This document shows positions 45,625 through 57,040 of a stretch of DNA of 64,000 bases, piece by piece (positions within the stretch are counted from its first letter, which is position 1; each line of letters starts with the position of its first letter). The position numbers and the translations under genes are program-made. This DNA comes from Polyangia bacterium (GTDB lineage: Bacteria; Myxococcota_A; Polyangia; JAAYKL01). Under the pieces are notes generated by a model, which was given only the letters and a program-made list of their open reading frames with translations, did not search any database and was not told where the DNA came from. The DNA is taken from positions 37,411 through 101,410 of the forward strand of contig JBNKCR010000148.1 in assembly GCA_050287845.1 (NCBI GenBank). Direction: 5' to 3'.

Positions 45625-47070
45625 ATGAAAAATATAATACGCAGGTGTGGCGAGGGTCCAAAAAAGCGATTTCATGTATCGATACTGCTTCTCTATACCA
45701 TGATGTGCTGCATTGCCTGCCATGAGTCCAGAGTAGAGTTTGATTCGGTAGTCGATACGGGGGCGGATTCAGCCACCGAAATAACCGGCAGAGATTCCGT
45801 CCATCGGGTGCCCGGAGATACGGAAGCCACGGACTCGGGGGTGAACCCGTCGCCCGACAGTGAGTCCAGTTTCGATACAGTGACCGGCGACGATTCCGAA
45901 AGTGACTCGCAATCCGGAGTGGACGTCGATACATCCTCTGACACGGCAATCAGTGACACCGCCACCGGGATGATTGATACCGATACAACGACGGAAACGG
46001 GTTCTGGCACTGCACCGGAGACATGGACACTCATGATGTATATGTCTGCTGACAGCAATCTGGAAGCGGACATGCTGGCAGATCTGACCGAACTGGCCGC
46101 AGTCAGCGTGCCAAAGTGGTTGAATATTCTCATCCTGTTCGATCGGAGCGCATTTTATGACACGTCGGATGGCAATTGGACGGGCACGCGGCTGTTCCGG
46201 ATCAGCCCTGCAGCGGATGGTGGTCTGGAAAGATTGAGCGATGATACGTTTCTGATGCTGACTGACGAGGGAGATAACGAAGAACTCGATTTAGGGGATG
46301 CTGCCACCCTCCGCAGCTTTGTAGGCTTTGCCCGCGCAACCTATCCGGCAAGTCACTACGGACTGGTACTGTCCGGCCATGGAAACGGCTGGATGAAAAA
46401 GGGCGTTGCATCGAACCCACTGGGTCCCCGGGTGATTTGTACTGATGACAGTGGCAGAGATGAAGGGATTCTGGTTCAGCGGGATCTGAAAGCTATTTTA
46501 CATACGTATGAAATTGAGATTATCGGCTTCGATGCGTGTCTGATGGGGATGGTGGAAACCGCATGGGCGCTGAAAGACAGCGTGAAGTACATGATCGCGT
46601 CTGAAGCCAACGAAGCTTCATATGGCTGGGATTATCTGTCCTGGATTACCGAATGGGTCAACAGTGCAGTGTATTCGCCGCTTTCGCTGGCTCAGAAACA
46701 GGTGGAGACCTATCAGCGATATCACGACACCCTGGAGCCACCATGGTTGATGACCATGGCGGTGGTGGATATGGAAAAACTGGATGCCCTCGGCAGTGCC
46801 ATCAACGATTTTGTGGCCTCCCATGACCCTGCGGATTATGTGGATGAAGCCATGTATTTTGATGAGATGTATCCCGAGTATTACGACCTCTGGCATATCG
46901 CGGACCTGGCTGGAGACGCGGCACTGAAAGCCGCCATTGAGGACGCCGTCATTGTATTCTGGCAGAGCGGCAGCGACCCATATCCGGGGGGGCTTTCAAT
47001 AATGTACATCGAGGAGAATCCCAACGACTATCTTCTGTCATCGTTCTGCAAGGACCTCGACTGGTGCTGA
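45625..47070 (+). CDS. clostripain-like (peptidase C11 family) cysteine protease lipoprotein
   Basis: Lipobox-like MMCCIA-C and a long D/S/T-rich linker. Catalytic His context LVLSGHGNGW and catalytic Cys context IIGFDACLMG. RBS AGAGG lies 5 nt upstream. Confidence 0.75.
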   Translation: MKNIIRRCGEGPKKRFHVSILLLYTMMCCIACHESRVEFDSVVDTGADSATEITGRDSVHRVPGDTEATDSGVNPSPDSESSFDTVTGDDSESDSQSGVDVDTSSDTAISDTATGMIDTDTTTETGSGTAPETWTLMMYMSADSNLEADMLADLTELAAVSVPKWLNILILFDRSAFYDTSDGNWTGTRLFRISPAADGGLERLSDDTFLMLTDEGDNEELDLGDAATLRSFVGFARATYPASHYGLVLSGHGNGWMKKGVASNPLGPRVICTDDSGRDEGILVQRDLKAILHTYEIEIIGFDACLMGMVETAWALKDSVKYMIASEANEASYGWDYLSWITEWVNSAVYSPLSLAQKQVETYQRYHDTLEPPWLMTMAVVDMEKLDALGSAINDFVASHDPADYVDEAMYFDEMYPEYYDLWHIADLAGDAALKAAIEDAVIVFWQSGSDPYPGGLSIMYIEENPNDYLLSSFCKDLDWC

Positions 47071-47883
47071 ATTTTCTGTATCAGGCGCAATAACCGTATT
47101 TTCAAGGGTGCCGATGCCATCAATGGTGACCTGGACCACGTCGCCGTGCTGTAAAAACACCCGGGGATTGCGGACATATCCAACACCGGCAGGTGTGCCG
47201 GTCAGAATCACGGTGCCGGGGAGCAAAGTGGTATCCTGACTGAGAAATGAAATGAGCCGTGGAATCGTGAATATCATCTGACTGGTGTGCGCCTGTTGCA
47301 TTACATTGCCGTTCAGCGTTGTGCGCAGTTCAAGGTGATGTGGGTCTGCAATTTCGTCCCGGGTGACCATCAGTGGACCCAGGGGACAGAATGTATCAAA
47401 GCTTTTGCCCCGCACCCATTGACCTGCACCGCCGTGTTTCTGCCAGCGCCGGGCGGAGATGTCGTTGGCGCAGCAATAGCCAAATACATGGGCCATGGCG
47501 CTTTTTTCATCCACATTTCTTGCGGCGGTCCCGATGATCACCGCCAGCTCTCCCTCATAATCGGTTTCAGGGCCTTTCATCTCGCAGGCGGGAAGAACAA
47601 TCGGGCTGAACGGATGATTGAGGCTGGATGTGGCTTTCATGAACACCACCGGATTTTCAGACGTACCCAGCGCGGTCTCGCCGGCATGATCGCTGTAATT
47701 GAGGCCGATAGCAAAAATGTTCACCGGTGCCAATGGCGCCAGTAGTTTTCGGGGCACGATCACTTCATCTCCGGGTGAAAATCCGGAGGCAATGTCGCCG
47801 TTCAATTTTCTGAATGTGGTCTCGTTGATTTTCTCAGCAACGTGGAGGACGCCTTTATTGTCCAAACATCGGATTATTTTCAT
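47038..47883 (-). CDS. fumarylacetoacetate hydrolase (FAH) family protein
   Basis: NIFAIGLNYSDHA, ETDYEGELAVIIG, ISARRWQ, LLPGTVILTGTPAGVG are typical FAH-family motifs. The 3' end overlaps the convergent C11 gene by 33 nt. Confidence 0.85.
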   Translation of the reverse strand: MKIIRCLDNKGVLHVAEKINETTFRKLNGDIASGFSPGDEVIVPRKLLAPLAPVNIFAIGLNYSDHAGETALGTSENPVVFMKATSSLNHPFSPIVLPACEMKGPETDYEGELAVIIGTAARNVDEKSAMAHVFGYCCANDISARRWQKHGGAGQWVRGKSFDTFCPLGPLMVTRDEIADPHHLELRTTLNGNVMQQAHTSQMIFTIPRLISFLSQDTTLLPGTVILTGTPAGVGYVRNPRVFLQHGDVVQVTIDGIGTLENTVIAPDTENSAPVEVLAER

Positions 47884-48767
47884 AACGTTTCTCCACTGAC
47901 TCGGGCTTGTCCGTTTATCTCAAGGAGGTTGTGTTCCATTGCCGCGCGAGTAAGGGCGACGAACCTGTGCAGATCAACATCCTGGGCGCGGGTTGTGGGC
48001 GGAATGCCTGCTTCCTGCAAAATGGTTTCGGCATCTTCTTTGCTGCACAGAGCACCGCCCAGACTGTTTCGAATGGTTTTTCTTCTGGTGGCGAAAGCCG
48101 CTTTCACCACTCTGTCAAACGACTCTCCGGCCATGTCCGGTGGCAGCGTGTCACAGGTCGGCACCAGGGAAATCACCGCAGAACGTACTTTGGGCGGCGG
48201 AAAAAATGCCGTGGGCTTGAGTCGCAACACGGTTCTGATGTGACATCTGGCCTGGATCATCACCGTCAACGCGCCGCGGTTTGTGTTCGAAACCGTTGCA
48301 CAGAGACGATCGGCCACTTCTTTTTGAACCATGAATACCGCTTTTTTTAGAGATGCCCCCGCAAGCATTACCTGCTTCAGTATGGCGCCGGTAATCTGAT
48401 AGGGGAGGTTGCCGGCAATGATCCCCCCGGTGGAATGGAGCCAGTCTCTGTAATCGAATGTGGCGGCGTCGCCTTCGATTAATTGAAAAGCAGGGTTGGC
48501 CGAAAACTCACTGGACAGCACGCGGCACATATCCCGATCGCGTTCGACAACCGTCACCTTTTTTTCGCAGAAGTGAAGCAACGCCTGGGTGAGAGTGCCC
48601 AGACCACCGCCAATTTCGAGAATTTCAGATGGCTCTTCTGTACATTCCGCGGCAATGGTTCGAACGGCTTTTTCGCTGACCAGAAAATTCTGCCCCCAGG
48701 ATTTCTTCGCGTTCAGTCCGTGCCGAACGAGCACGGTGCGCGGGTGTTCAAATCGAAAACCTGTCAT
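47880..48767 (-). CDS. rsmA: 16S rRNA (adenine1518-N6/adenine1519-N6)-dimethyltransferase
   Basis: KKSWGQNFL, ILEIGGGLGTLT (SAM motif I) and NLPYQITG. ATG 48767 overlaps the stop of the upstream M16 gene (ATGA). The ORF-track start at 48995 lies inside the M16 gene. Confidence 0.9.
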   Translation of the reverse strand: MTGFRFEHPRTVLVRHGLNAKKSWGQNFLVSEKAVRTIAAECTEEPSEILEIGGGLGTLTQALLHFCEKKVTVVERDRDMCRVLSSEFSANPAFQLIEGDAATFDYRDWLHSTGGIIAGNLPYQITGAILKQVMLAGASLKKAVFMVQKEVADRLCATVSNTNRGALTVMIQARCHIRTVLRLKPTAFFPPPKVRSAVISLVPTCDTLPPDMAGESFDRVVKAAFATRRKTIRNSLGGALCSKEDAETILQEAGIPPTTRAQDVDLHRFVALTRAAMEHNLLEINGQARVSGETL

Positions 48768-50176
48768 TCTTTTTGCCCTTCCTCGAAATCCGGTCCCGCG
48801 AATCTGAATACAGCGTCCTTCAGTTTTCCCTGCTGGCCAGTGGATTGAGTACCCACTGTGGTAATGTAAAAATGATCTCTTTGAAAAATGCGTCGGGCAA
48901 CCGCGATGATATCGGTCAGAGAAACATTTTTTATTCTGCCAGCCGCCGCCTCGGGGGATAGCGACTCTCTGTACAGTTCCTGTTCCCCATACCATCCATT
49001 CAGTGCGCCGGGAAAATCCTGCAATGATTCAAGGTCCCATATGGTGCGGTCTCTGGCTTTTTCAAAATCCACATCGTTTATTTCTCCCCTGCAAAGGTCC
49101 CGGATAATTCTGAGAGACTCCACCACGATGGGAACAATATTCTCATGAGACGCCTGGGCATCAATGTTCAGCACCCCTGTATCCGCGTACGCTTCCAGTT
49201 CCGCACCGATATTGTACGCAAGTGCAAGATCTTCGAAAATGTTGCGATGAAGCGGCGTCGACATCCCGTCATCAATCAGCCGGAGCAGCAATTCCACCGC
49301 CGGATAATCCGGATGCAGCAGTCCTGGAGTATTGAACGTCAGACGAAGCTGCGTTTGACTGCCGGGTTTGTGAACATGTTGAAATCGTTCTGTTGGGGGT
49401 GTCTCATCATTCTCACCGGGTGAGATGTCGCATTGATGAGGCGATCCTGTCGGAATCGCCCCCCACTGGGTTCTCAGGTATTCCCGAAATGCTTCGCTCC
49501 CAATATTGCCGGAAACACAGACCACCATATTGGAAGCAACATAGTACTCTTTAAACCAGCGATGCAGCGTTTCATGGTCAATGCCCATCACGTTATCCAG
49601 CGTACCGGTAATGGGCATCCCCAGAGGATTGTCGTGCCAGACCCGCGCGCGGCTCAGTGAATCGACGTCAATACATTGTCCTTTTTCGTCAAACTCCTCC
49701 AGAATTTCTTCTGCAATGATTTTCCGCTCCGTATCCATCTCATTGAAATGCGGTTCAGTGACCATTTGATACAGCAGAGAAGTTCCCACTTTTGCCGACT
49801 GACTGGGGAGCGACACAGCGTACTCCGTGGAGTCCGGTGTTGTACTGCCATTCACATTTGCGCCGAGTGATTCGAAAGCACAGTTCAGGGCAAATGCGGT
49901 AGGGTACTGTCTGGTTCCCCGGAATACCATGTGTTCAAGAAAGTGCGAGACCCCATTTTTTTCAGGTGGTTCGTAGCGGGAACCGGTTCTGATGTAGACC
50001 GTGATATGAACAGTGCGCAACTGTGGCTGATTGATTTCGATGAGCGTCAGACCATTGGGAAGTCGGGTTTTATGGATAGTCGGATTGCCTGGCGCGGAAT
50101 TCAGTGAATCCCCGGGTAGTTTGCTGTCATCTGAAACGGATGGAATGCCTGGTTCGAACGGGATGGGATTGTTCAC
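48764..50176 (-). CDS. M16-family (pitrilysin-like) zinc metallopeptidase
   Basis: Inverted zinc motif HFLEHMVF (HxxEH) and a downstream E (STEYAV region). 470 aa. Confidence 0.85.
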   Translation of the reverse strand: MNNPIPFEPGIPSVSDDSKLPGDSLNSAPGNPTIHKTRLPNGLTLIEINQPQLRTVHITVYIRTGSRYEPPEKNGVSHFLEHMVFRGTRQYPTAFALNCAFESLGANVNGSTTPDSTEYAVSLPSQSAKVGTSLLYQMVTEPHFNEMDTERKIIAEEILEEFDEKGQCIDVDSLSRARVWHDNPLGMPITGTLDNVMGIDHETLHRWFKEYYVASNMVVCVSGNIGSEAFREYLRTQWGAIPTGSPHQCDISPGENDETPPTERFQHVHKPGSQTQLRLTFNTPGLLHPDYPAVELLLRLIDDGMSTPLHRNIFEDLALAYNIGAELEAYADTGVLNIDAQASHENIVPIVVESLRIIRDLCRGEINDVDFEKARDRTIWDLESLQDFPGALNGWYGEQELYRESLSPEAAAGRIKNVSLTDIIAVARRIFQRDHFYITTVGTQSTGQQGKLKDAVFRFAGPDFEEGQKE

Positions 50177-50194
50177 GGTGATAATCGGAAAACA

Positions 50195-52066
50195 CTACTC
50201 GTCGTTATCTTCCGCTTCCTTGCCTTCATCGTTCCCGGCGCCCTCCGCATTTGGCGCGGCTTCTCTGGTTGCCTTTGGCGCGGGAACTGCTTTTTTGGGT
50301 TTCACTTCATTTCTGGCCAGTGTGGAAGGCAGTGGAATGACGGACTTGATTTGACCGGCTTCCATGGCACTGGTTAAAATCGATGATACCCGATCATTCA
50401 TCCATGTAACGATCTTTGCCGCCAGCAGTCGGTTTTCAATCTCCGTTTTCTGTTCTTCGTAGTCTTTATCGGATGGTTCCTTACGTTCCTTGAGTTGAAC
50501 CACATAGTAGTTGTCATTCACCGCAAAAACCTTGCCGCCGGCGGGTGCGTCTTTGGTCATCGAAAATGCAGCTTTTACGAGCTCCTCGGATTTTCCGATT
50601 CCGGGGATGAAGGCTTCGGTTCGATTGAAAGGTGAGGTGGCCTGCACGGTCAGGTGAACCCCTTCGGGAATGTTCACCCCATCCTTCGCTGCAACAACCT
50701 CTTTATCTTCCCTCTCCGTGTCGCCTTCGTCAGTAGTACCGTCGCCCAAATCCGTTGAACCGGTGTTTCCGCTTTCCGAAATCAATTCACTGATGTCGAT
50801 GCCACTGTTCATTTTTGCGAGCATTTTTTCCGCCAGTTTACTCATGACGTCTTTGCCACGGTTTTCCTGAAACAGTTTTCTGGCGATCTCATCGGTGGCG
50901 TCTGCAAGGGAGATAGTACCTTCGCGAAAGCCTTCAAGTTTGATGATATGATATCCAAACTGCGTTTTGACCAAATCGGATACGTCACCGGGTTTCATGG
51001 AAAACATCGCCTCATCAAATTCAGGGACCATCACGCCGCGGGGATTGTATCCGAGGTCACCACCTTTTTTTGCACTTCCGGGATCTTCGCTGTTTTCCGT
51101 CGCCAGTTTCGCAAAATCCGCCCCCGCCTTTATTTCAGCCAGTAGCGCTTCCGCTTTCGCTTTGGCCGCATTCTGCGTTTCTTCGTCGGCATCTTCGTCG
51201 ACTTTAATCAGAATATGTCGAGCCCTGGCGGATTTCTCCACGTTGGTGTATTTGAATTTATTCGTTTCGTAATACTGCTTGATTTTGTCCGCATTGGCTT
51301 GCGTCCATTTGGTGAGTTCATCAGACTCACTGTCCAGATTTCCCGCATAGAGCGCGGGGGCAAATTTAATGTAAGACAAAGACACTGTATCGTTTTCACT
51401 CTGATACGCTTCTTTTACAGCCGCTTCTGTGACTTCAATTCCGCTGAGCAGGAGTGTTCGCATTCGCTGGGCAATGATTTCGAGCCGTTGTTCTTCAACA
51501 AATGCGGGCTCTTTGTAATTGAGCTGATAGCGAACTACATTATTGAATGACTTCACATCAAATTTGCCTTTGGCATCCACAAAACGTCCCAGCATCGCGC
51601 GGTGGCCGTCTTTCACCAGAATTGAGACAACCCGATCAGGAGACAGCTCACCGTACATTCTCTGGAAACCCAGTTGGGTCACAATTGCGGAAATGGGGCG
51701 AGTGATGAAAAATTCGCCTTTGATAATATTTTCCTGCGCTTCATCTGTGGACGCGGAAATGCCGGCTTTCTCGGCCATGGTGAGAAGCAGTTGGCGCTCA
51801 ATGAGTCCTTTTGCTGCCTGCTGTCTGAGTGATGCGTATTCGGGACTGTCTTTTGCAATGTCCCGATTTGTGTTCATGTTAATCGCATACTCCAGGGTGG
51901 CCATTGAAAGTTCCACACCATCTACCGTGATAGCGGTATCGTCGCCTGCACCGCGCCCCCAGCCCTGGCTCTGCTGTCCAAATGAAACGGCGAATACAAA
52001 TGACAACGCACCAATAATTAGCAGACCAACAAGGCCACCCACGTGATTTCGAATAAATTCGAGCAT
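50195..52066 (-). CDS. PpiD-like periplasmic chaperone / parvulin peptidyl-prolyl isomerase
   Basis: N-terminal anchor MLEFIRNHVGGLVGLLIIGALSFVF, a SurA-N-like region, and a parvulin domain (ARHILIKV...GGDLGY...FGYHIIKLE). The C-terminal tail is acidic/Lys-rich. ATG 52066 is preferred over 52186. Confidence 0.8.
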   Translation of the reverse strand: MLEFIRNHVGGLVGLLIIGALSFVFAVSFGQQSQGWGRGAGDDTAITVDGVELSMATLEYAINMNTNRDIAKDSPEYASLRQQAAKGLIERQLLLTMAEKAGISASTDEAQENIIKGEFFITRPISAIVTQLGFQRMYGELSPDRVVSILVKDGHRAMLGRFVDAKGKFDVKSFNNVVRYQLNYKEPAFVEEQRLEIIAQRMRTLLLSGIEVTEAAVKEAYQSENDTVSLSYIKFAPALYAGNLDSESDELTKWTQANADKIKQYYETNKFKYTNVEKSARARHILIKVDEDADEETQNAAKAKAEALLAEIKAGADFAKLATENSEDPGSAKKGGDLGYNPRGVMVPEFDEAMFSMKPGDVSDLVKTQFGYHIIKLEGFREGTISLADATDEIARKLFQENRGKDVMSKLAEKMLAKMNSGIDISELISESGNTGSTDLGDGTTDEGDTEREDKEVVAAKDGVNIPEGVHLTVQATSPFNRTEAFIPGIGKSEELVKAAFSMTKDAPAGGKVFAVNDNYYVVQLKERKEPSDKDYEEQKTEIENRLLAAKIVTWMNDRVSSILTSAMEAGQIKSVIPLPSTLARNEVKPKKAVPAPKATREAAPNAEGAGNDEGKEAEDNDE

Positions 52067-52488
52067 TACTTTTCCTCCGGAATTACCTGTCCTATTAAAT
52101 CGTTGCTCAGGCGCAAGCAAATTTACGCTTTCGCGAAATTGTAAAATAAACGCGCGCAATGTTACAGAGAGCGCGACGAAACGCAAATGGTTTGTAATAT
52201 TTCTTCGACGGAAAAGTAGTTTAATGTAAGGTAATGTATTATTCTTAATACAGGAGCGAATACTATTCGTACGTTCATGTATTCATTTTCAATTATTTCT
52301 ATTATAATTGCGTTGACTTACGCGCCAGCATATTTGATTGCAGTAAAACCATCAGCGGAGAGTAAATCTCCTTGAAAGATATATTGAGATTTGTTAGTAC
52401 AATGGCTGATTTTTGCAGGGTTTGCATAAAATACAATAATTTCAAACGGTTATCGAAGGGGCCCGAATGCGGGCTATATCTGGTATAA

Positions 52489-53565
<1,077 letters not shown>

Positions 53566-53578
53566 GCGTACAGACCGC

Positions 53579-54454
53579 ATGTCGTTTCTCGCACGTTACA
53601 AGAATGTATTCATCTGTATCGTAGCACTGGTGACGCCTTTTCTCTTTTTAAAGGCCAACCTTGCGGACCCGGCCAAACTGACTGCATTGGATCGCGTTCT
53701 CCTCACCATTTCAACGCCCATCCAGTGGGCGACAACCGCAACAGCGGAGACCATCGGAAATATTTGGACCGACTATATTTTTCTCGTGAATACACAGGAA
53801 GAAAACGAGCGCCTGCGATTTGAGAATCAGAGATTGGCGGCGGAAAACAGTCTCTTTCTGAAAACAGAACAGGAAGTGCGGAGACTTCGCAGAATGCTGA
53901 TGTTTCAGGAAACATTCAGCGGGCAACTTCGTGCGTCGCGGGTAGTGGCCCGGGTGGTCGGTCGCGGCATTTCCGAACAGTTTCGCGTCGATCGGATTCA
54001 TCTGGATATCGGCGAGCATGAAGGCCTGAAAAAAGGGCTGCCGGTGGTGACGTTTGAGGGGCTGGTAGGACAGATTGCGCGTTTCGAAGGAGAGTATGCC
54101 GATGTCATGCTGTCGGTGGATCGCAAAAGCTATGTCCCGGTATATGTGCAGCGAAATGGCGCTCAGGGGATATTGCGGGGCACCGGCGAGTTGGACAGGT
54201 ACACCTGCGAGGTGGAATATCTGCTTCGATCGGACGAAGTGCAGGAAGGCGACCAGCTGTTTACATCCGGAACGGGAGGAAAATTCCCGGAAGGTATACT
54301 GGCGGGGACCATCAAGTCAGTCCGTCGGGAAAACACCGGATTGTTTCAGAAGGTAGTGGTGGAACCGGCAGTGAATTTTTCAAGACTTCGCGAAGTGTTT
54401 GTGATTATGGATACAGCCCACGAAGGGGACATCAACGAAGAGTCAGAGCGATAA
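53579..54454 (+). CDS. mreC: rod shape-determining protein MreC
   Basis: Position after mreB, an N-terminal anchor, a coiled coil (ENERLRFENQRLAAEN), and a beta-barrel region (GLPVVTFEGLVGQI..., LFTSGTGGKFPEGILAGTI). Confidence 0.85.
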   Translation: MSFLARYKNVFICIVALVTPFLFLKANLADPAKLTALDRVLLTISTPIQWATTATAETIGNIWTDYIFLVNTQEENERLRFENQRLAAENSLFLKTEQEVRRLRRMLMFQETFSGQLRASRVVARVVGRGISEQFRVDRIHLDIGEHEGLKKGLPVVTFEGLVGQIARFEGEYADVMLSVDRKSYVPVYVQRNGAQGILRGTGELDRYTCEVEYLLRSDEVQEGDQLFTSGTGGKFPEGILAGTIKSVRRENTGLFQKVVVEPAVNFSRLREVFVIMDTAHEGDINEESER

Positions 54455-54515
54455 TCCGTGACAACCGGTATTCTTGAATGCATCCGGCTGCCGAAGAATT
54501 GAGATAGACCGAAGA

Positions 54516-55043
54516 ATGCGAACGACAGGTACAATTCTTTTTGCGTTTCTCCTGCTGGTACTTCAGTCCAGTTTTGCACATCTCGTTCCCTGGGATATGT
54601 TTGTTCCCAACGCGGCTTTAACTGTTGTTCTGTATATGGGGCTTCATGATCATGATTTGGGTCGAGGGGCGATTGTATCGTTTTCTATTGGTTATATGAT
54701 GGATGCGTTTGCCGGCAGTCCTATCGGATTGTTCACATTTGTATCGGTTGCAGTATTTCTGATTTCCAAACTGGCAGCATGGCGACTTTTTCTGCAGGGG
54801 TGGATTTTTGAGATTATACTAGCATGGTTCCTGGTGCTCGTTGCCGGAGGTGTGGTTCTGGCGATTCGCGCACTGTTCGACCAGGATTTTGGGAGTTTAC
54901 TTACCCATGCAAAAATAGTAGGCTTGCGCGCTGGAGCCACAGCATTGGTTGCGCCTTTTGTATTCGGCGGCATGAGATGGATTGAACAATTCTCCGTGAC
55001 CGCCCGACGCAACGCCAGCAGAGGAAAGGTAATTCGACGATAA
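54516..55043 (+). CDS. mreD: rod shape-determining protein MreD
   Basis: Small polytopic membrane protein between mreC and mrdA. Its stop overlaps the mrdA start (TAATG). ATG 54516 is chosen over the upstream alternative start. Confidence 0.7.
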   Translation: MRTTGTILFAFLLLVLQSSFAHLVPWDMFVPNAALTVVLYMGLHDHDLGRGAIVSFSIGYMMDAFAGSPIGLFTFVSVAVFLISKLAAWRLFLQGWIFEIILAWFLVLVAGGVVLAIRALFDQDFGSLLTHAKIVGLRAGATALVAPFVFGGMRWIEQFSVTARRNASRGKVIRR

Positions 55044-57031
55044 TGTACATCTCGCCAAGAAATGAGCTTTCGGAATTTCGCCGACGGTATCGTTGGATGC
55101 GAATATTTGTGTTTCTGACCTTTCTGGTTTTCATAGGTCGCCTTGTGTATCTTCAGTTGCTGAATGGTGATGACTATCATCAGAAGAGTTTGAACAACGT
55201 TATCCGCACAGTATCTCTTCCAGCGGTTCGCGGACGTGTATTCGATGCGAAAGGGCGGGTTCTGGCCACAAGTATGCCATCGCATACACTGGTTGCCATT
55301 CCTCATTATGTTGATATGGGCACTGGATTTGCCAGACTGGTGGAGCTGCTCGGACTGGATGAGCAGGAAGCACAGCAGATGTCGGAAAAGCTGAACGACT
55401 TCAGAAAAGACAGTCGGGACATGCGTCGGTTTCAGCAGATTTCGCTGCTGGAGAATATGGCCCCCGAGCAGTTGGCTGCTGTCAAGGCGCACCAGGATGA
55501 GCTGGCGGGAATTGATGTGGTCGACGAGCCCAGGCGTTACTACCCCTATGGAGAAGTTGCCAGCCATGTCATCGGTTATATGAATGAAGTGAATGCGGAT
55601 GACATTCTGCGGGCTAAAGAGGACGATAACATCGTTGATAAGTATCGTGCAGGAGATTTGACCGGGCGGAAGGGGATTGAGCGCGCGTATGAAGCGGAAT
55701 TGAGGGGAATTCGCGGTTGGAAAAAGAAAGTGGTGGATGCACGTGGGCTGCCTCTTTCAAGAGCGAAAACTGAAAATCTGCTTCCGGATGCCAGTATGCA
55801 GGAGCCCAGTCCGGGATACGACATTACGTTGACCCTGGATATCGCGTTGCAGAAATTGGCGAAACAGGCGCTCAGTGGCCATCCGTCCGCTTCTGCGGTT
55901 GTGATGAGTGTTCACGATGGCAGCATTCTCGCCGCGGTCAGCAGACCATCTATTGATTCAAATAAAATGACCTCTGGACTGACTTTCCAGGAAAACGACG
56001 AAATCAACGAAAATCCATATCGCCCACGCATTGATAAAACGGTCTACGAAAACTATTTCCCCGGATCGGTCTTTAAACCATTCACTGCTTTTGCCGCGCT
56101 GGAAGAGGGAATTGTCACTCCCGACGACGTTTTCAACTGCAGTGGATTTCACGAGTTTGGTGGCCGCATTTTCAAATGTACACATTCTCACGGCGATATG
56201 ACTCTCTACGACGCGATTGTGCAGTCCTGTAACGTATACTTCTATAACCTGGCTGAAATGACGGGAATGGATCGGATTGCACGATATGCCGGTGAGTTCG
56301 GATTCGGGCAGAAGACAGGGATTGGTTACAACACGGAAGCTGCGGGACATATACCGACCCGCGAATGGTACGATAAGAATTTCCCGGGGCAATTCAGAAT
56401 CGGTCACACATTGAATGCATCCATTGGACAGGGAAATACCAAGGTCACACTGATGCAGGTAGCAGCCGCGTATTCTGCGATGGCGAATGGTGGAACGCTG
56501 TATCAACCGCAGGTTATTAAAAGTATTGAAACGCCGGATGGTGAAGTTGTGAAATCTTTTCAGCCCATCATCAAGAGGCGAGTATCTGTGAGTAAAAGCA
56601 ATATCGATTTGGTGATGGAAGCACTGGTTGGCGTTGTCGCGGATGAGAAGGGCACGGCCAATTCCGCGTTTAACGAATCGATTTCGATAGCGGGAAAAAC
56701 CGGAACCGCCCAGGTGGTGAAGCATTCGCGGAAAAAGGGCGACACCATGGCTGAATTCTATTATCAGAACAGGGACCATGCCTGGTTCGCATCGGTTGCC
56801 CCTGCTGAGAATCCTGAAATAGCAATTGTCGTACTCATTGAGCACGGTGGCGCGGGTGGTGAGCACGCAGCGCCCGTTGGAGTGGAAATCGCAAGACGCT
56901 ATTTTGATGAAATTGCCCCTCGACATGAAGCACCATTACTGGCGGATTCTCCGTCGGAGACCAAATCAAAAAAAGTGCGTGTTCCTGTGGAGGATTCTGC
57001 ACCTACAACGGCGTCCGCTCACCAGCATTGA
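55043..57031 (+). CDS. mrdA: penicillin-binding protein 2 (elongasome transpeptidase)
   Basis: N-terminal anchor and PBP dimerisation domain. Transpeptidase motifs SVFKPF (SxxK), SCN (SxN) and KTGTAQ (KTG). Confidence 0.9.
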   Translation: MYISPRNELSEFRRRYRWMRIFVFLTFLVFIGRLVYLQLLNGDDYHQKSLNNVIRTVSLPAVRGRVFDAKGRVLATSMPSHTLVAIPHYVDMGTGFARLVELLGLDEQEAQQMSEKLNDFRKDSRDMRRFQQISLLENMAPEQLAAVKAHQDELAGIDVVDEPRRYYPYGEVASHVIGYMNEVNADDILRAKEDDNIVDKYRAGDLTGRKGIERAYEAELRGIRGWKKKVVDARGLPLSRAKTENLLPDASMQEPSPGYDITLTLDIALQKLAKQALSGHPSASAVVMSVHDGSILAAVSRPSIDSNKMTSGLTFQENDEINENPYRPRIDKTVYENYFPGSVFKPFTAFAALEEGIVTPDDVFNCSGFHEFGGRIFKCTHSHGDMTLYDAIVQSCNVYFYNLAEMTGMDRIARYAGEFGFGQKTGIGYNTEAAGHIPTREWYDKNFPGQFRIGHTLNASIGQGNTKVTLMQVAAAYSAMANGGTLYQPQVIKSIETPDGEVVKSFQPIIKRRVSVSKSNIDLVMEALVGVVADEKGTANSAFNESISIAGKTGTAQVVKHSRKKGDTMAEFYYQNRDHAWFASVAPAENPEIAIVVLIEHGGAGGEHAAPVGVEIARRYFDEIAPRHEAPLLADSPSETKSKKVRVPVEDSAPTTASAHQH

Positions 57032-57040
57032 AATTACCGA

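Noticed and set aside
48764-50176. Single M16 peptidase without a partner subunit as an oddity
   Set aside because: Stand-alone M16 proteins with an intact HxxEH motif are common. A partner may be encoded elsewhere, so this is not informative from the window.
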